DNA of 22,117 nt from assembly GCA_044451405.1 (NCBI GenBank), contig JBIOKB010000018.1:1-22117 (forward strand), written 5' to 3'. This stretch comes from Candidatus Babeliales bacterium (GTDB lineage Bacteria > Babelota > Babeliae > Babelales > Vermiphilaceae). The position numbers and the translations under genes were made by a program. Shown here piece by piece: positions 1 through 9,246 of the stretch. The notes beneath the pieces were generated by a model. That model made no database searches, was not told the DNA's origin, and saw nothing but the letters and a program-made list of their open reading frames with translations. Every line of letters begins with the position of its first letter. The first letter of the stretch is position 1.

Positions 1-5
1 GATAT

Positions 6-629
6 ATGCAATGCGCAGTAGTATGTTTGGGAATGCAGAGTTATGTAGGTGCTACGGAAATGGTGCGAGCTCCTAAACCGCGTGCAGAATCAGTACCAGC
101 GGGTTCTACAACAACACCGATTGCAATAACGCCGCGAGCAGCAAGTGATAGTGGATTACGTAAGAAAAAATTAGAAATGAGAGGAAGAAGTTTTATTCCC
201 GAATTTTTAATGAAAGAAGAAAGAACTCCGGAAGATTTTGCGATGATGGAAACCGTATCGCAACAACTTGAAGCAGATCTCTTACGCAGACAAGCGGGGG
301 CTTTGGCCTTTGGCATACGCTCAGATAAAAAAACAAAAAATAATTTTAAGAATAAATATAAGCGGGTGAAAGAACCGTTATTTCATGCTCATACAGATAT
401 TGATGATACTACCAATTATGTAAAGCCTAACCCTATCAGTATCAGCGATGAAGAAGAAAGTGCAGTCCGTAAAGCTCGTTTAGAGAAACGATTTGCACAA
501 TTTAAGCTTAAAAAACAATCTTCTCTAAGAGTAGTTGTTACTTCTCCACATCAAGAAAAAACAGAAGAAGTTATAAGCCCCTTAGATCTTTATGAAAATG
601 AGCTGCAATTTAATATGGATGATGTTTAA
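6..629 (+). CDS. Hypothetical basic, low-complexity protein; possible signal peptide; may start upstream of the window
   Basis: 207-aa ORF, frame open to the window edge, hydrophobic N-terminus, Lys/Arg clusters; ends 19 bp before orn. Confidence 0.7.
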   Translation: MQCAVVCLGMQSYVGATEMVRAPKPRAESVPAGSTTTPIAITPRAASDSGLRKKKLEMRGRSFIPEFLMKEERTPEDFAMMETVSQQLEADLLRRQAGALAFGIRSDKKTKNNFKNKYKRVKEPLFHAHTDIDDTTNYVKPNPISISDEEESAVRKARLEKRFAQFKLKKQSSLRVVVTSPHQEKTEEVISPLDLYENELQFNMDDV

Positions 630-648
630 AAATTAAGAGGAGCGTACC

Positions 649-1197
649 ATGAGCAAACTGGGTAATTTAGTATGGATCGATTTAGAAATGACGGGCTTAA
701 ATCCAGAAACGGATGCGATTCTTGAAATTGCAACCATAATTACTGATGGCATGTTAACGGTATTAGAAGAAGGGCCATCACTGGTTATTCACCAGTCAGA
801 TGCGGTGCTTGAAGCTATGGGTCCATGGGTACAAGATTTGCATGCTACATCAGGGTTAACTGAACGTGTGCGCGCTTCAACCGTATCATTAGAACAAGCA
901 GAACGTGAAACGTTAGCCTGTATTAAAAAATACTGTACTCCACAGATGGGAATTTTATGCGGCAACTCTGTATGGCAAGATCGCAATTTTTTGGTTCGTC
1001 ATATGCCAAGCATAACCGATTATCTGCATTATCGTCTTATTGATGTTACCAGTGTGAAACAGGTCGTAGCAGCCTGGTATCCAGGTAATCCGCATCTGAG
1101 TTTTGTAAAACAAGATAAACATCGTGCACTTGCAGATATTTTTGAATCAATTGAAGAGCTCCGCCATTACCGTAAATATTTCTTTATCTCAACTTAA
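649..1197 (+). CDS. orn: Oligoribonuclease (DEDDh 3'-5' exoribonuclease)
   Basis: LVWIDLEMTGL, ILEIATIITD, LCGNSVWQDR, YLHYRLIDV and HRALADIFESIEELRHYR motifs; SD GAGGAG upstream. Confidence 0.97.
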   Translation: MSKLGNLVWIDLEMTGLNPETDAILEIATIITDGMLTVLEEGPSLVIHQSDAVLEAMGPWVQDLHATSGLTERVRASTVSLEQAERETLACIKKYCTPQMGILCGNSVWQDRNFLVRHMPSITDYLHYRLIDVTSVKQVVAAWYPGNPHLSFVKQDKHRALADIFESIEELRHYRKYFFIST

Positions 1198-3188
1198 TGG
1201 ACGGGATTTGGGGTAAAAAAGATCTGACTTTTATACGATGTGTGATTAATGGTTTGATAGGCAGCAATAATAGTCCGCATCGAGCTACTTTTTATATAGA
1301 TTTTACGCATATATATTTTTTTAATCATATGCACTGGTGGTTTTGCTGGCCCAAGTACCGTAATGGAGAGCTTCATCTCCTGCATGGCAGCAATCAACTG
1401 TTCTACCATTCGCTGTGCTTCAATTTCCACCGTTGCTTCATGCGTATACTTTAATTCCAATTCAACTAAACGAAGGTAGGGAGGGTAACCAACATCGGCC
1501 CGTGTTGCCATTTCTTGCTCATAAAAGTGTAAATACTCTGTTTCCTGTAAGTAGTTAAACAGAGTGTGATCTTTCATGGCTTGTACAATGACGCGACTAT
1601 CAGAGCGCATGCGTCCTGCGCGTCCTGCCACTTGAATGAGCTGTTGTAATGCCGTTTCTGTTGCGTTATATATGGGAAAATGAACATTTAAATCAGCCCA
1701 AATGATACCAACTAAGGTAACGTTAGGAAAATGAAATCCTTTGGTAATTGTTTGGGTGCCTACCAAGATATCAAGAGCGCCCTGTTCAAAATTATGTAAC
1801 GTTTCTTGCCACAATTTCTTTTTAGCGGTGGTATCTAAATCAGCACGTCCAATGCGTGCGTGGGGGAACATCTTCTGTAAAATCATAACTACCTGCTGAG
1901 TTCCAATTCCTTTATTAATAAAATCAGGTTGTTTGCATGCAGGGCAGTGTGCTGGTTGTGGTATACAAAAACCACAATAGTGACAGGTGAGTGTATTATG
2001 CTCGTGCACCGTTAAACTTACTGAACAGTGTGAGCAGGTAATAATATGCGCACACGCTTTGCATTGGATAAAGAAACTAAAGCCACGGCGATTGATAAAA
2101 ATAATACATTGTTCTTTTTTTTCTAAACATGCGGCGATTGCCTGCTCAAGTGGTTGCGAAATCCAAAAATTTTTACGCTGTTTTTTATCAGTTAACAGAA
2201 CACGGGTAATAGTAGGAAGCGAACCCGCAAAACGGTGTTTAAGTTCAAAAAAGTGCCAGCCTTTAGTTTTCACGTTATATAAAGAACTTAATGAGGGGGT
2301 AGCTGAGCCTAAAAGAATGGGTATGTTTGCTATATGCGCACGCAAAAGAGCAGCATCTTTGGTATTAATTTTTGGATGTTTTTTTTCTTGATAGCCACCA
2401 TCATGCTCTTCATCAACTATAATAATCCCAAGGTTATTAATAGGAAGCAAAATAGGTAAATGGACGCCAATAATCAGCATAGGTTCATTGGCAAGCAGGC
2501 GTTGCCACAGGAGCTGTTTTTGTTTAGGCGTAACACCTGAATGAAACGCATAGAGCGGTACACTGCTTGGCAGCTGAGCTTGTAATAGTTTTTGAAATTG
2601 CAGTGCGAGGGTAACTTCTGGTAATAATAAAAGCGCAGTTTTTCCTGCTGCAAGGGCACGTATGATAAGTTGTTTATATACTTCCGTTTTTCCCGACCCG
2701 GTTATTCCATGCAGTAAAGTTGGTGTGTAGGTTGGCGTGTGCAGCGTGGGTGTAAGAAAATCAACGACTGCCTGTTGCTCAGGAGTGAGAGTGATTGATT
2801 CTGGTCCTGCCTGTCCGTCATTTCTGTCGTGGACACGCACAAACACTCCATTTACTTCAGAAATGTCGGAGGTTTCTTGGAGTAAAAAGTGCCGAATGCG
2901 TTTAATAAAATGCAATGGATCTACTTGATAGTAAGCGCCAAGGTGCTCAATAAAATTACTGTAGTGTGGATCATGGGGTAAAGGCTCAAGTGCGATAATA
3001 TCTTTGATTGCGAATGATGGTTTCTCTGCAAGCTCTTTACAGCTGCTGAGCACGACTGCAGCGCTAATGGTATTGCGAATAGGAACACGTACAATGCGCC
3101 CTACCTGTATATCGGCATGATACTGCGTGGGTACGGAGTAGGTGAGGGGGTTTGGAAAGCCTTTGAGTAATTTTACTTGAATGAACAT
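1194..3188 (-). CDS. priA: Primosomal protein N' (replication restart helicase)
   Basis: LTY N-terminal 3'-binding motif, Walker A HGITGSGKT, DEEH, GSATPS, four CxxC zinc pairs, GTQTITKGFHFPNV, QVAGRAGR; ATG at 3188 preferred over TTG at 3209. Confidence 0.96.
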   Translation of the reverse strand: MFIQVKLLKGFPNPLTYSVPTQYHADIQVGRIVRVPIRNTISAAVVLSSCKELAEKPSFAIKDIIALEPLPHDPHYSNFIEHLGAYYQVDPLHFIKRIRHFLLQETSDISEVNGVFVRVHDRNDGQAGPESITLTPEQQAVVDFLTPTLHTPTYTPTLLHGITGSGKTEVYKQLIIRALAAGKTALLLLPEVTLALQFQKLLQAQLPSSVPLYAFHSGVTPKQKQLLWQRLLANEPMLIIGVHLPILLPINNLGIIIVDEEHDGGYQEKKHPKINTKDAALLRAHIANIPILLGSATPSLSSLYNVKTKGWHFFELKHRFAGSLPTITRVLLTDKKQRKNFWISQPLEQAIAACLEKKEQCIIFINRRGFSFFIQCKACAHIITCSHCSVSLTVHEHNTLTCHYCGFCIPQPAHCPACKQPDFINKGIGTQQVVMILQKMFPHARIGRADLDTTAKKKLWQETLHNFEQGALDILVGTQTITKGFHFPNVTLVGIIWADLNVHFPIYNATETALQQLIQVAGRAGRMRSDSRVIVQAMKDHTLFNYLQETEYLHFYEQEMATRADVGYPPYLRLVELELKYTHEATVEIEAQRMVEQLIAAMQEMKLSITVLGPAKPPVHMIKKIYMRKIYIKSSSMRTIIAAYQTINHTSYKSQIFFTPNPVH

Positions 3189-3195
3189 AGGGCAT

Positions 3196-3203
3196 AGTAT
3201 ACT
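3196..3203. promoter_or_regulatory. Palindromic -10 element (TATACT on both strands) between divergent priA and polA
   Basis: AGTATACT in the 58-bp intergenic region; the minus-strand hexamer lies 7 nt upstream of the priA ATG. Confidence 0.4.
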
Positions 3204-3246
3204 GAACAAGCGAAGTTATGTAGAGTTATATATTATAGGAGCTCGC

Positions 3247-5955
3247 ATGAAATTTAATCCTGAAAAAACCGTATTTATTATCGATGGTTCATCATTTTTA
3301 TATAGAGCCTATTACGGCACGCGTCCATTGCATACACCGCAAGGGACTCCCGTACAGGCGGTGTATAGTTTTTGCCGGACGATCAAAAAATTAGTTGATA
3401 CATTTTCGCCGCACTATTGTGCGTTAGTGTGGGATAGCAAAGGCAAAACAACCAGACATGAAATGTATGAAGAGTATAAAGCAACGCGCCAAGCGCCACC
3501 AAGCGATCTGTTTGTACAAAAAGAGTACATCATTAAATTTGCAGATCTCATTGGTTTAAAGCAGGTGCAAACACAAGGGCTTGAAGCTGATGATATTATG
3601 TATTCATTAGCAAAAGAATTAAGTGCTGATGGTTTTACGGTTGTACTCGTTACCTCTGATAAAGATATGGGGCAAACACTAACACCTACTATTTTTATGT
3701 ATGATGCATTTAAAGAAGCGGTGCTTGATAAAGATAGTTTTGAACAAAAAATGGGATTCCCCGTAGCCAAATTACCGTTTTATTTTGCAATCTTAGGTGA
3801 TACATCAGATAACATTCCTGGTGTAAAAGGCATCGGTGAAAAAGGAGCCACGGAATTAGTTACCCAGTTTGCGTCGCTCGATGATGTGTATAAACATATT
3901 GATGCCATTACCAAAAATAAAATGCGTGAGGCATTACTTGAACAAAAAGATAACGCCTATTTAAGTGAGCGCTTATTTTTATTGCAGTATTATCCTACCG
4001 GATTAACTAAAGATGATGTGCGTTTTAATCCTGAGAGTTGGAGCAGCGCGCGTCCGTTATTTGAAGAGCTCGCATTTAAATCATTGTTAAAAGATCTTGC
4101 AGGAGCCGTTTCAGTAGAAAAAAAGTTAGCATCTATGGCTGCTTATGATTTTAAAGCGGTAACAACAGAACAAGAACTGAAAGAGCTGTGTGCACTGCTT
4201 TCTCAAACACGCGCATATGCCATGGATACAGAAACTGATGGCCTTGAACCACTACAAAATACACTTGTTGGTCTTTCATTTTGTGTGCGAGAGGGGCAAG
4301 CTTTTTATGTACCCTGCGGGCACCGGGTGGCAACGCCTCAATTATCACGGGAGCAGGTTATTACTGCATTAAAGCCACTGCTAGAAGATCCGACGCATAA
4401 AAAATATCTTCACAATGTAAAATTTGATCAGGAAGTGCTTGCTCATGCTGGCATTAATTTACGTGGTGTTGTGTTTGATACGATGATTGCAGCAAATTTA
4501 GTTACCCAAGATTGGCAGCGCATTGGGCTTAAATATTTATCAGAGCACTATTTTAATGAGAGCATGCTGAATTATGATGATATGGTAACTGCGCATAAAC
4601 GTAAGGATTTTTCCTATGTGCCTATTGATGAAGCAACGCGGTATGCAGCAGCTGATGCACACCAAACGTTTAAATTAGTATCCGTGTTACAAAAACAGTT
4701 AGATGAAATTCCGACGCTCAAGCGTCTGTATGAAATGATAGAATTTCCATTGGTTGATGTGCTTGCGCGCATGGAGATGGAGGGCATTTATGTAGATGCG
4801 GGTGATTTGCAAGATCTTAATACTGAAGTCACTAAGCAGCTTGATGTGATAGAATCTGAAATTTTAGAGCATATTGGTCAAGCAAGTGTAGCTGAATCAA
4901 TCAATTTAAATTCACCAAAACAGATAGAACAGTTGCTCTTTTACGAACTTAAGTTGCCACCACAAAAAAAGAGTGCTAAAGGAAGTTATTCAACTGACCA
5001 AGAAGTGCTTGAAACATTAACACCACTCCATCCGGTGCCAGGGCTTATTTTACGCTACCGTGAGTTGTTTAAATTAAAAAGTACTTATATTGAAGCGTTG
5101 CCCTTAGCAATAAATCCAGATACTGAAAAAGTTCATACAACATTTAGCCAAATTAATGTTGCTACCGGCCGTTTATCCAGTTCAGATCCTAATTTGCAAA
5201 ATATTCCCGCTTCAGGGTACGGTGTTCAGGTTCGTGCAGCATTTAAACCAGAAGAAGGGCACAGTTTTTTATCAACAGATTACTCGCAAATTGAATTGCG
5301 TGTATTAGCAGAATTCTCACAAGATCCCCATTTGCTTGAAGCGTTTATGCAGGGACATGATATTCATGCACAAACCGCATCAAAATTATTTGATGTACCC
5401 TTAAAGACAGTAACGCATGATCAACGCCAGATTGGCAAGCGGATTAATTTTAGTGTGCTGTATGGATTAACTCCGTTTGGTTTATCACAAGATTTAGGCA
5501 TTCCATTTAAAGATGCAAAGCAGTACATTAGCACCTACTTTGCACAATATCCTGCTGTTGCTGGCTGGATGGAGGAAGTAGTTGAAGAAACAAAACGAGC
5601 AGGATACGTACAAACATATTATGGCCGTAGACGCTCTATTCCGGCAATTCATGAAAAAAATAAAGCGTTGTATGAAGAAGCACGCCGCGTAGCGATTAAC
5701 ACCAAAGCACAAGGAACTGCAGCAGAGATTATGAAGCTGGGCATGATTGCCGTAGATCGTGCATTGCACAACCATAACTATGATGCACACATTGTGTTAC
5801 AAATTCATGATGAATTATTAATCAGTGTTGATGATGCGCAAAAAGAACGCGTAGCAGCGCTTATTAAAAAAGAGCTTGAATCAGTTGTTGATTGGAAAAC
5901 ACCCCTTGAAGTTACTACACGTTTTGGTAAAAATTGGAAAGAGGTGACAAAATAA
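3247..5955 (+). CDS. polA: DNA polymerase I (5'-3' exonuclease, 3'-5' exonuclease and polymerase domains)
   Basis: IDGSSFLYRAY, EADD, GDTSDNIPGVKGIG, ExoI DTET, ExoII HNVKFD, ExoIII YAAAD, TGRLSSSDPNLQNIP, DYSQIELRV, QIHDEL; ATG at 3247 follows AGGAG. Confidence 0.98.
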   Translation: MKFNPEKTVFIIDGSSFLYRAYYGTRPLHTPQGTPVQAVYSFCRTIKKLVDTFSPHYCALVWDSKGKTTRHEMYEEYKATRQAPPSDLFVQKEYIIKFADLIGLKQVQTQGLEADDIMYSLAKELSADGFTVVLVTSDKDMGQTLTPTIFMYDAFKEAVLDKDSFEQKMGFPVAKLPFYFAILGDTSDNIPGVKGIGEKGATELVTQFASLDDVYKHIDAITKNKMREALLEQKDNAYLSERLFLLQYYPTGLTKDDVRFNPESWSSARPLFEELAFKSLLKDLAGAVSVEKKLASMAAYDFKAVTTEQELKELCALLSQTRAYAMDTETDGLEPLQNTLVGLSFCVREGQAFYVPCGHRVATPQLSREQVITALKPLLEDPTHKKYLHNVKFDQEVLAHAGINLRGVVFDTMIAANLVTQDWQRIGLKYLSEHYFNESMLNYDDMVTAHKRKDFSYVPIDEATRYAAADAHQTFKLVSVLQKQLDEIPTLKRLYEMIEFPLVDVLARMEMEGIYVDAGDLQDLNTEVTKQLDVIESEILEHIGQASVAESINLNSPKQIEQLLFYELKLPPQKKSAKGSYSTDQEVLETLTPLHPVPGLILRYRELFKLKSTYIEALPLAINPDTEKVHTTFSQINVATGRLSSSDPNLQNIPASGYGVQVRAAFKPEEGHSFLSTDYSQIELRVLAEFSQDPHLLEAFMQGHDIHAQTASKLFDVPLKTVTHDQRQIGKRINFSVLYGLTPFGLSQDLGIPFKDAKQYISTYFAQYPAVAGWMEEVVEETKRAGYVQTYYGRRRSIPAIHEKNKALYEEARRVAINTKAQGTAAEIMKLGMIAVDRALHNHNYDAHIVLQIHDELLISVDDAQKERVAALIKKELESVVDWKTPLEVTTRFGKNWKEVTK

Positions 5956-6118
5956 TTTCTTTAGTTTAGAATATGCGACATGTGTCGTGAAAGACAATGA
6001 GTGTACGTTATGTGCACGTCTCATGACTAACAGCATCCGGAGCTCGTTATTCATGTGTTAGTTGAAAAAAAATAATAGTAAGTATTGTTTAACCATTTAA
6101 TAGGTAAAGGAATAGAGT

Positions 6119-6598
6119 ATGAAAACTCTTACCGCAAAATTAGCTGTAGCAGCGTTATTGGTAGCAGGCGCAGCGCAAGCAGAAACAAATACAGCAACTG
6201 TTTTAGCAAGTGGTGTTATGGCAACAGCAAGCGTATTTGATGCAGGACAAAGTCTAGCTACAACTTGGTATGCACAACAAAATAAGAATGCAAGCAGATT
6301 ACAAAGAGCTAGTGGTGCAGCAGTTAATTATGGTCTTCCGGTAGCACAAATTGCAGCAACTGCACTATTAGCAGCACGTGCAAATGGTTGTGATTGCTCA
6401 GTAACTAATTCCGTTACAGGTAAATTGTCTCCACTTGCAGCACTTGGAGCTTTAACTGTATTAACAACAGGCAAGCTACTTTGGAACAAGCGTTCTGCAG
6501 CACAAGTAACAGCAGATGCAGCAGTAGCGGCACAAGTTCAAGCGTCAGCTCAAGCAGCAGCTCAAGCGACAACAGCAGATGCTAGCAAACGCAAGTAA
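6119..6598 (+). CDS. Small Ala-rich exported/membrane hypothetical protein
   Basis: 159 aa, signal peptide ending AQA, further hydrophobic segments, strong GCA codon preference, SD AAGGA, downstream terminator. Confidence 0.85.
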   Translation: MKTLTAKLAVAALLVAGAAQAETNTATVLASGVMATASVFDAGQSLATTWYAQQNKNASRLQRASGAAVNYGLPVAQIAATALLAARANGCDCSVTNSVTGKLSPLAALGALTVLTTGKLLWNKRSAAQVTADAAVAAQVQASAQAAAQATTADASKRK

Positions 6599-6635
6599 AA
6601 AATTAATGCATCACATATGATGTGTTGAAAAAATT

Positions 6636-6664
6636 AAGCGGTAGAAAATCTCTACCGCTTTTTT
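6636..6664 (+). terminator. Intrinsic terminator
   Basis: AAGCGGTAGA-aaatc-TCTACCGCTT followed by T-run. Confidence 0.85.
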
Positions 6665-6693
6665 ATTGTGTGTTTTTTATGAAAGGGAATCGT

Positions 6694-7014
6694 ATGAAAA
6701 AAATTTATGGTTTATTAGCAGCAGTGTTCATGAGTGTTGGGTGTGGTAGCATGCAGGCAATGAGTGCTGAAACTGGCAACAATCTTCTTTTGGGTGTTGC
6801 TACAGGGGGAATTGCACGACTCGCTTCCTATGCCCTTAAGGATCAAGGCGGCTCATCTAATAATCAAGCAATGATTGGTGCAGGATTTGTTGCAGGAGTG
6901 TGTATTTTAGCTGCGCAAACAAGAAATAGTGGCAGCTTTAATGGTGGAATGATTCAATTGGCGGCCGCACTAGGTACCTATGTAACAAGCATGTATGTGT
7001 TTAGAACAACATAA
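6694..7014 (+). CDS. Small Gly/Ala-rich exported/membrane hypothetical protein
   Basis: 106 aa from ATG 6694 (MKKIYGLLAAVF...), SD AAGGGA, signal peptide plus three hydrophobic stretches. Confidence 0.8.
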   Translation: MKKIYGLLAAVFMSVGCGSMQAMSAETGNNLLLGVATGGIARLASYALKDQGGSSNNQAMIGAGFVAGVCILAAQTRNSGSFNGGMIQLAAALGTYVTSMYVFRTT

Positions 7015-7044
7015 AAATATACATACATAAGAAGCTAAGATTAT

Positions 7045-7069
7045 ACGGCCAGATAACTCCTGGCCGTTT
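7045..7069 (+). terminator. Probable intrinsic terminator
   Basis: ACGGCCAG-ataactc-CTGGCCGT followed by a short T tract. Confidence 0.55.
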
Positions 7070-7081
7070 GCATTAATAATA

Positions 7082-7111
7082 TTGCATTACCTGCGACCTC
7101 ATTACTATAGT
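7082..7111 (+). promoter_or_regulatory. Putative sigma70 promoter
   Basis: TTGCAT-18 bp-TATAGT upstream of the 7152 gene. Confidence 0.45.
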
Positions 7112-7151
7112 TGCCACCAGTCAGTGTTATTTATCTAAAGAAGGAGTACGT

Positions 7152-7547
7152 ATGAAGATATCACAATTATTTATGGCGGGCGCAACTCTTGTAGCAGTGC
7201 ATTCAGCATATGCAGGCCTAGGCCAAGATGCAGTGTATGGTGTGGGCACAGGGGTCGTTTCATTAGGTGTATTTTATGGGGCGCAAGGCAGCTACTTTAA
7301 TGAAACAGAAGGTAGGGCGTTAGCCGCAGCGACGCTTGTAGGGGTAGTGCTTCCTGCATTTGCTCAAGCATATGATCGCGCGGGTGTCCTCAGTTATTTA
7401 ACTACATTGGCAGCAGCAGCCATTACCTTTGGGCTAGGAAAGCATATCTATGAAAATCAAGAATCGCTACTCGCCCAACTTCAGGGGTCACAACCAGGAG
7501 TAGCAGCCCAAGTAGGCACTTCAGCTCAGGTTGCGCCAGCTAATTAA
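7152..7547 (+). CDS. Small Gly/Ala-rich exported/membrane hypothetical protein
   Basis: 131 aa, signal peptide ending AYA, three hydrophobic stretches, SD AAGGAG. Confidence 0.85.
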   Translation: MKISQLFMAGATLVAVHSAYAGLGQDAVYGVGTGVVSLGVFYGAQGSYFNETEGRALAAATLVGVVLPAFAQAYDRAGVLSYLTTLAAAAITFGLGKHIYENQESLLAQLQGSQPGVAAQVGTSAQVAPAN

Positions 7548-7580
7548 GGCGGTTAAAGTACGAAATTAAGATAGAGAATT

Positions 7581-7616
7581 AAAAACAGCCCTAGGGTAAC
7601 CTGGGGTTGTTTGTTT
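7581..7616 (+). terminator. Intrinsic terminator
   Basis: AAACAGCCCTAGG-gtaa-CCTGGGGTTGTTT followed by GTTT. Confidence 0.75.
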
Positions 7617-7654
7617 GCCCGATGGTAGTAAGCAAGATTATTGAAATAACGGGG

Positions 7655-7682
7655 TTGACTTTTTTAGGCATCGAGCCATAAT
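7655..7682 (+). promoter_or_regulatory. Putative sigma70 promoter of rpmA
   Basis: TTGACT-16 bp-CATAAT, between a terminator and rpmA. Confidence 0.55.
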
Positions 7683-7777
7683 AAAAAGCAATAAGTTCAA
7701 AGAAATTTATAGCATCTCAACGTATAACACTCTGTTATGCGTATCTTTCAAAAAAAGTACCCTATAAAAGGATTGCG

Positions 7778-8035
7778 ATGGCAACAAGTAAAACCGGCGG
7801 ATCGACACAGAATGGCCGTGATAGTCAAAGTAAACGTCTTGGTGTGAAATTATTTGATGGACAGGTAGTCACTGGCGGTGAAATCATTGTTCGTCAGCGC
7901 GGGACCCATATTAACCCAGGTAAGTTTGTTGGCAAGGGAGGCGATGATACTCTCTTTGTAATGGCGCCGGGCAAGATCAAATTCCATTATGGCATGAAGG
8001 GTCGCCGGTTCGTTTCTATAATCCAAAGTTCTTAA
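7778..8035 (+). CDS. rpmA: 50S ribosomal protein L27
   Basis: [28 protein letters not shown] and [10 protein letters not shown] motifs; 85 aa. Confidence 0.98.
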   Translation: MATSKTGGSTQNGRDSQSKRLGVKLFDGQVVTGGEIIVRQRGTHINPGKFVGKGGDDTLFVMAPGKIKFHYGMKGRRFVSIIQSS

Positions 8036-8169
8036 TAAATATCACTATAGATCAGAGCACACTGAAAGTGTATGTAGTGCACGTGTAGGAATTTCTGTGC
8101 CTGATTAAAGAAGCTAGACATTTGTTTGATTATGGTGCGCGGAATGCGCACTGTTATCTGGGGAGTACC

Positions 8170-9057
8170 ATGATTGATTTTCTCAAGTATCGCATTGTAA
8201 CTGCACTCATATCGGCATTTATCATCTTTGGATCGGTAGGTCTCTATTTTTATAAGATGCACACCCGTGGTTATGCATTTGCCTATAGTATCGATTTCAC
8301 CGGTGGTACCCAAGTACATATGCGTTTTGAAAAACCAATCAGTGTTGCCCAACTGAAAGATGTTTTAGAAAATCATGGATGGTCTAACGCAGTAGTTCGT
8401 GAATTTTCATCAACCGAAGTATTGATTCGAGTAAAAGAGTTTGCTAGTGATGCGCAAGGGTTAGCTGACCGTATGCGTGAAGCAATTGTACACGATTTAC
8501 CTGATAATACGGTAACCGTGTTGCAAAGTGAGGCGGTTGGTGCTGGTGTAGGTGCTGAGTTGCGCTGGAAATCAGCACGCGCGGTACTCGTTGGCCTTAT
8601 CGCCATGTTAATGTACATAGCAGTTACCTTCTGGTCTACCGCATTTGCACTTGGTGCAATTGTTTCATTGATTCATGATGTCATTGTTATGCTTGCAATG
8701 TTCTTAATTCTAGATAAAGAAATTTCTATAAATGTTATTGGTGCCGTATTAACGGTTATTGGTTATTCTATGAACGATACTATTGTGGTGTTTGCACGCA
8801 TACGCTCTATGCTTAAAACGATGTCGAATGCGCCATTATATGATATTGTAAATACGAGTATTAACACTACATTGCGTCGCACTATTTTGACCAGCTTTGC
8901 TACAACATTAACCGTGCTTTCCATGCTCATATTAGGTGGCGAAGCATTGAGAGACTTTGCATTGGCATTATTAATAGGTATTGTTTTTGGTACTTATTCA
9001 TCTATATATATTGCAAGTCCAGTCATGATGTTGCTATATAAAAATAAAAAAGCGTAA
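8170..9057 (+). CDS. secF: Protein translocase subunit SecF
   Basis: IDFTGGT, SLIHDV, LTVIGYSMNDTIVVFARIR, RTILTS and GTYSSIYIASP motifs; ATG 8170 follows GGGAG. Confidence 0.96.
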   Translation: MIDFLKYRIVTALISAFIIFGSVGLYFYKMHTRGYAFAYSIDFTGGTQVHMRFEKPISVAQLKDVLENHGWSNAVVREFSSTEVLIRVKEFASDAQGLADRMREAIVHDLPDNTVTVLQSEAVGAGVGAELRWKSARAVLVGLIAMLMYIAVTFWSTAFALGAIVSLIHDVIVMLAMFLILDKEISINVIGAVLTVIGYSMNDTIVVFARIRSMLKTMSNAPLYDIVNTSINTTLRRTILTSFATTLTVLSMLILGGEALRDFALALLIGIVFGTYSSIYIASPVMMLLYKNKKA

Positions 9058-9246
9058 GTAAAGAATACACAGTACGTGTCTGTAGTGTGTATGATGAGTA
9101 GAGAGTAAGAAGTCTTAATCAGATTTTTTCTGTAACGATGTGCGTGCCACAATCAGTACGTTTCTATTCTTGAATATATAGTTGCCTAATATAGGACATA
9201 AATCATATGACATATTGTAAACAAGACTCTGTTGGAGGATTCTTAC

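Noticed and set aside
1194-1197. Convergent stop codons overlapping at TTAA (orn/priA, and pth/hypothetical at 21401-21404)
   Set aside because: Common in compact AT-rich genomes.
5956-6118. Weak hairpins upstream of the 6119 gene as a riboswitch
   Set aside because: Short imperfect stems with no recognisable aptamer consensus.
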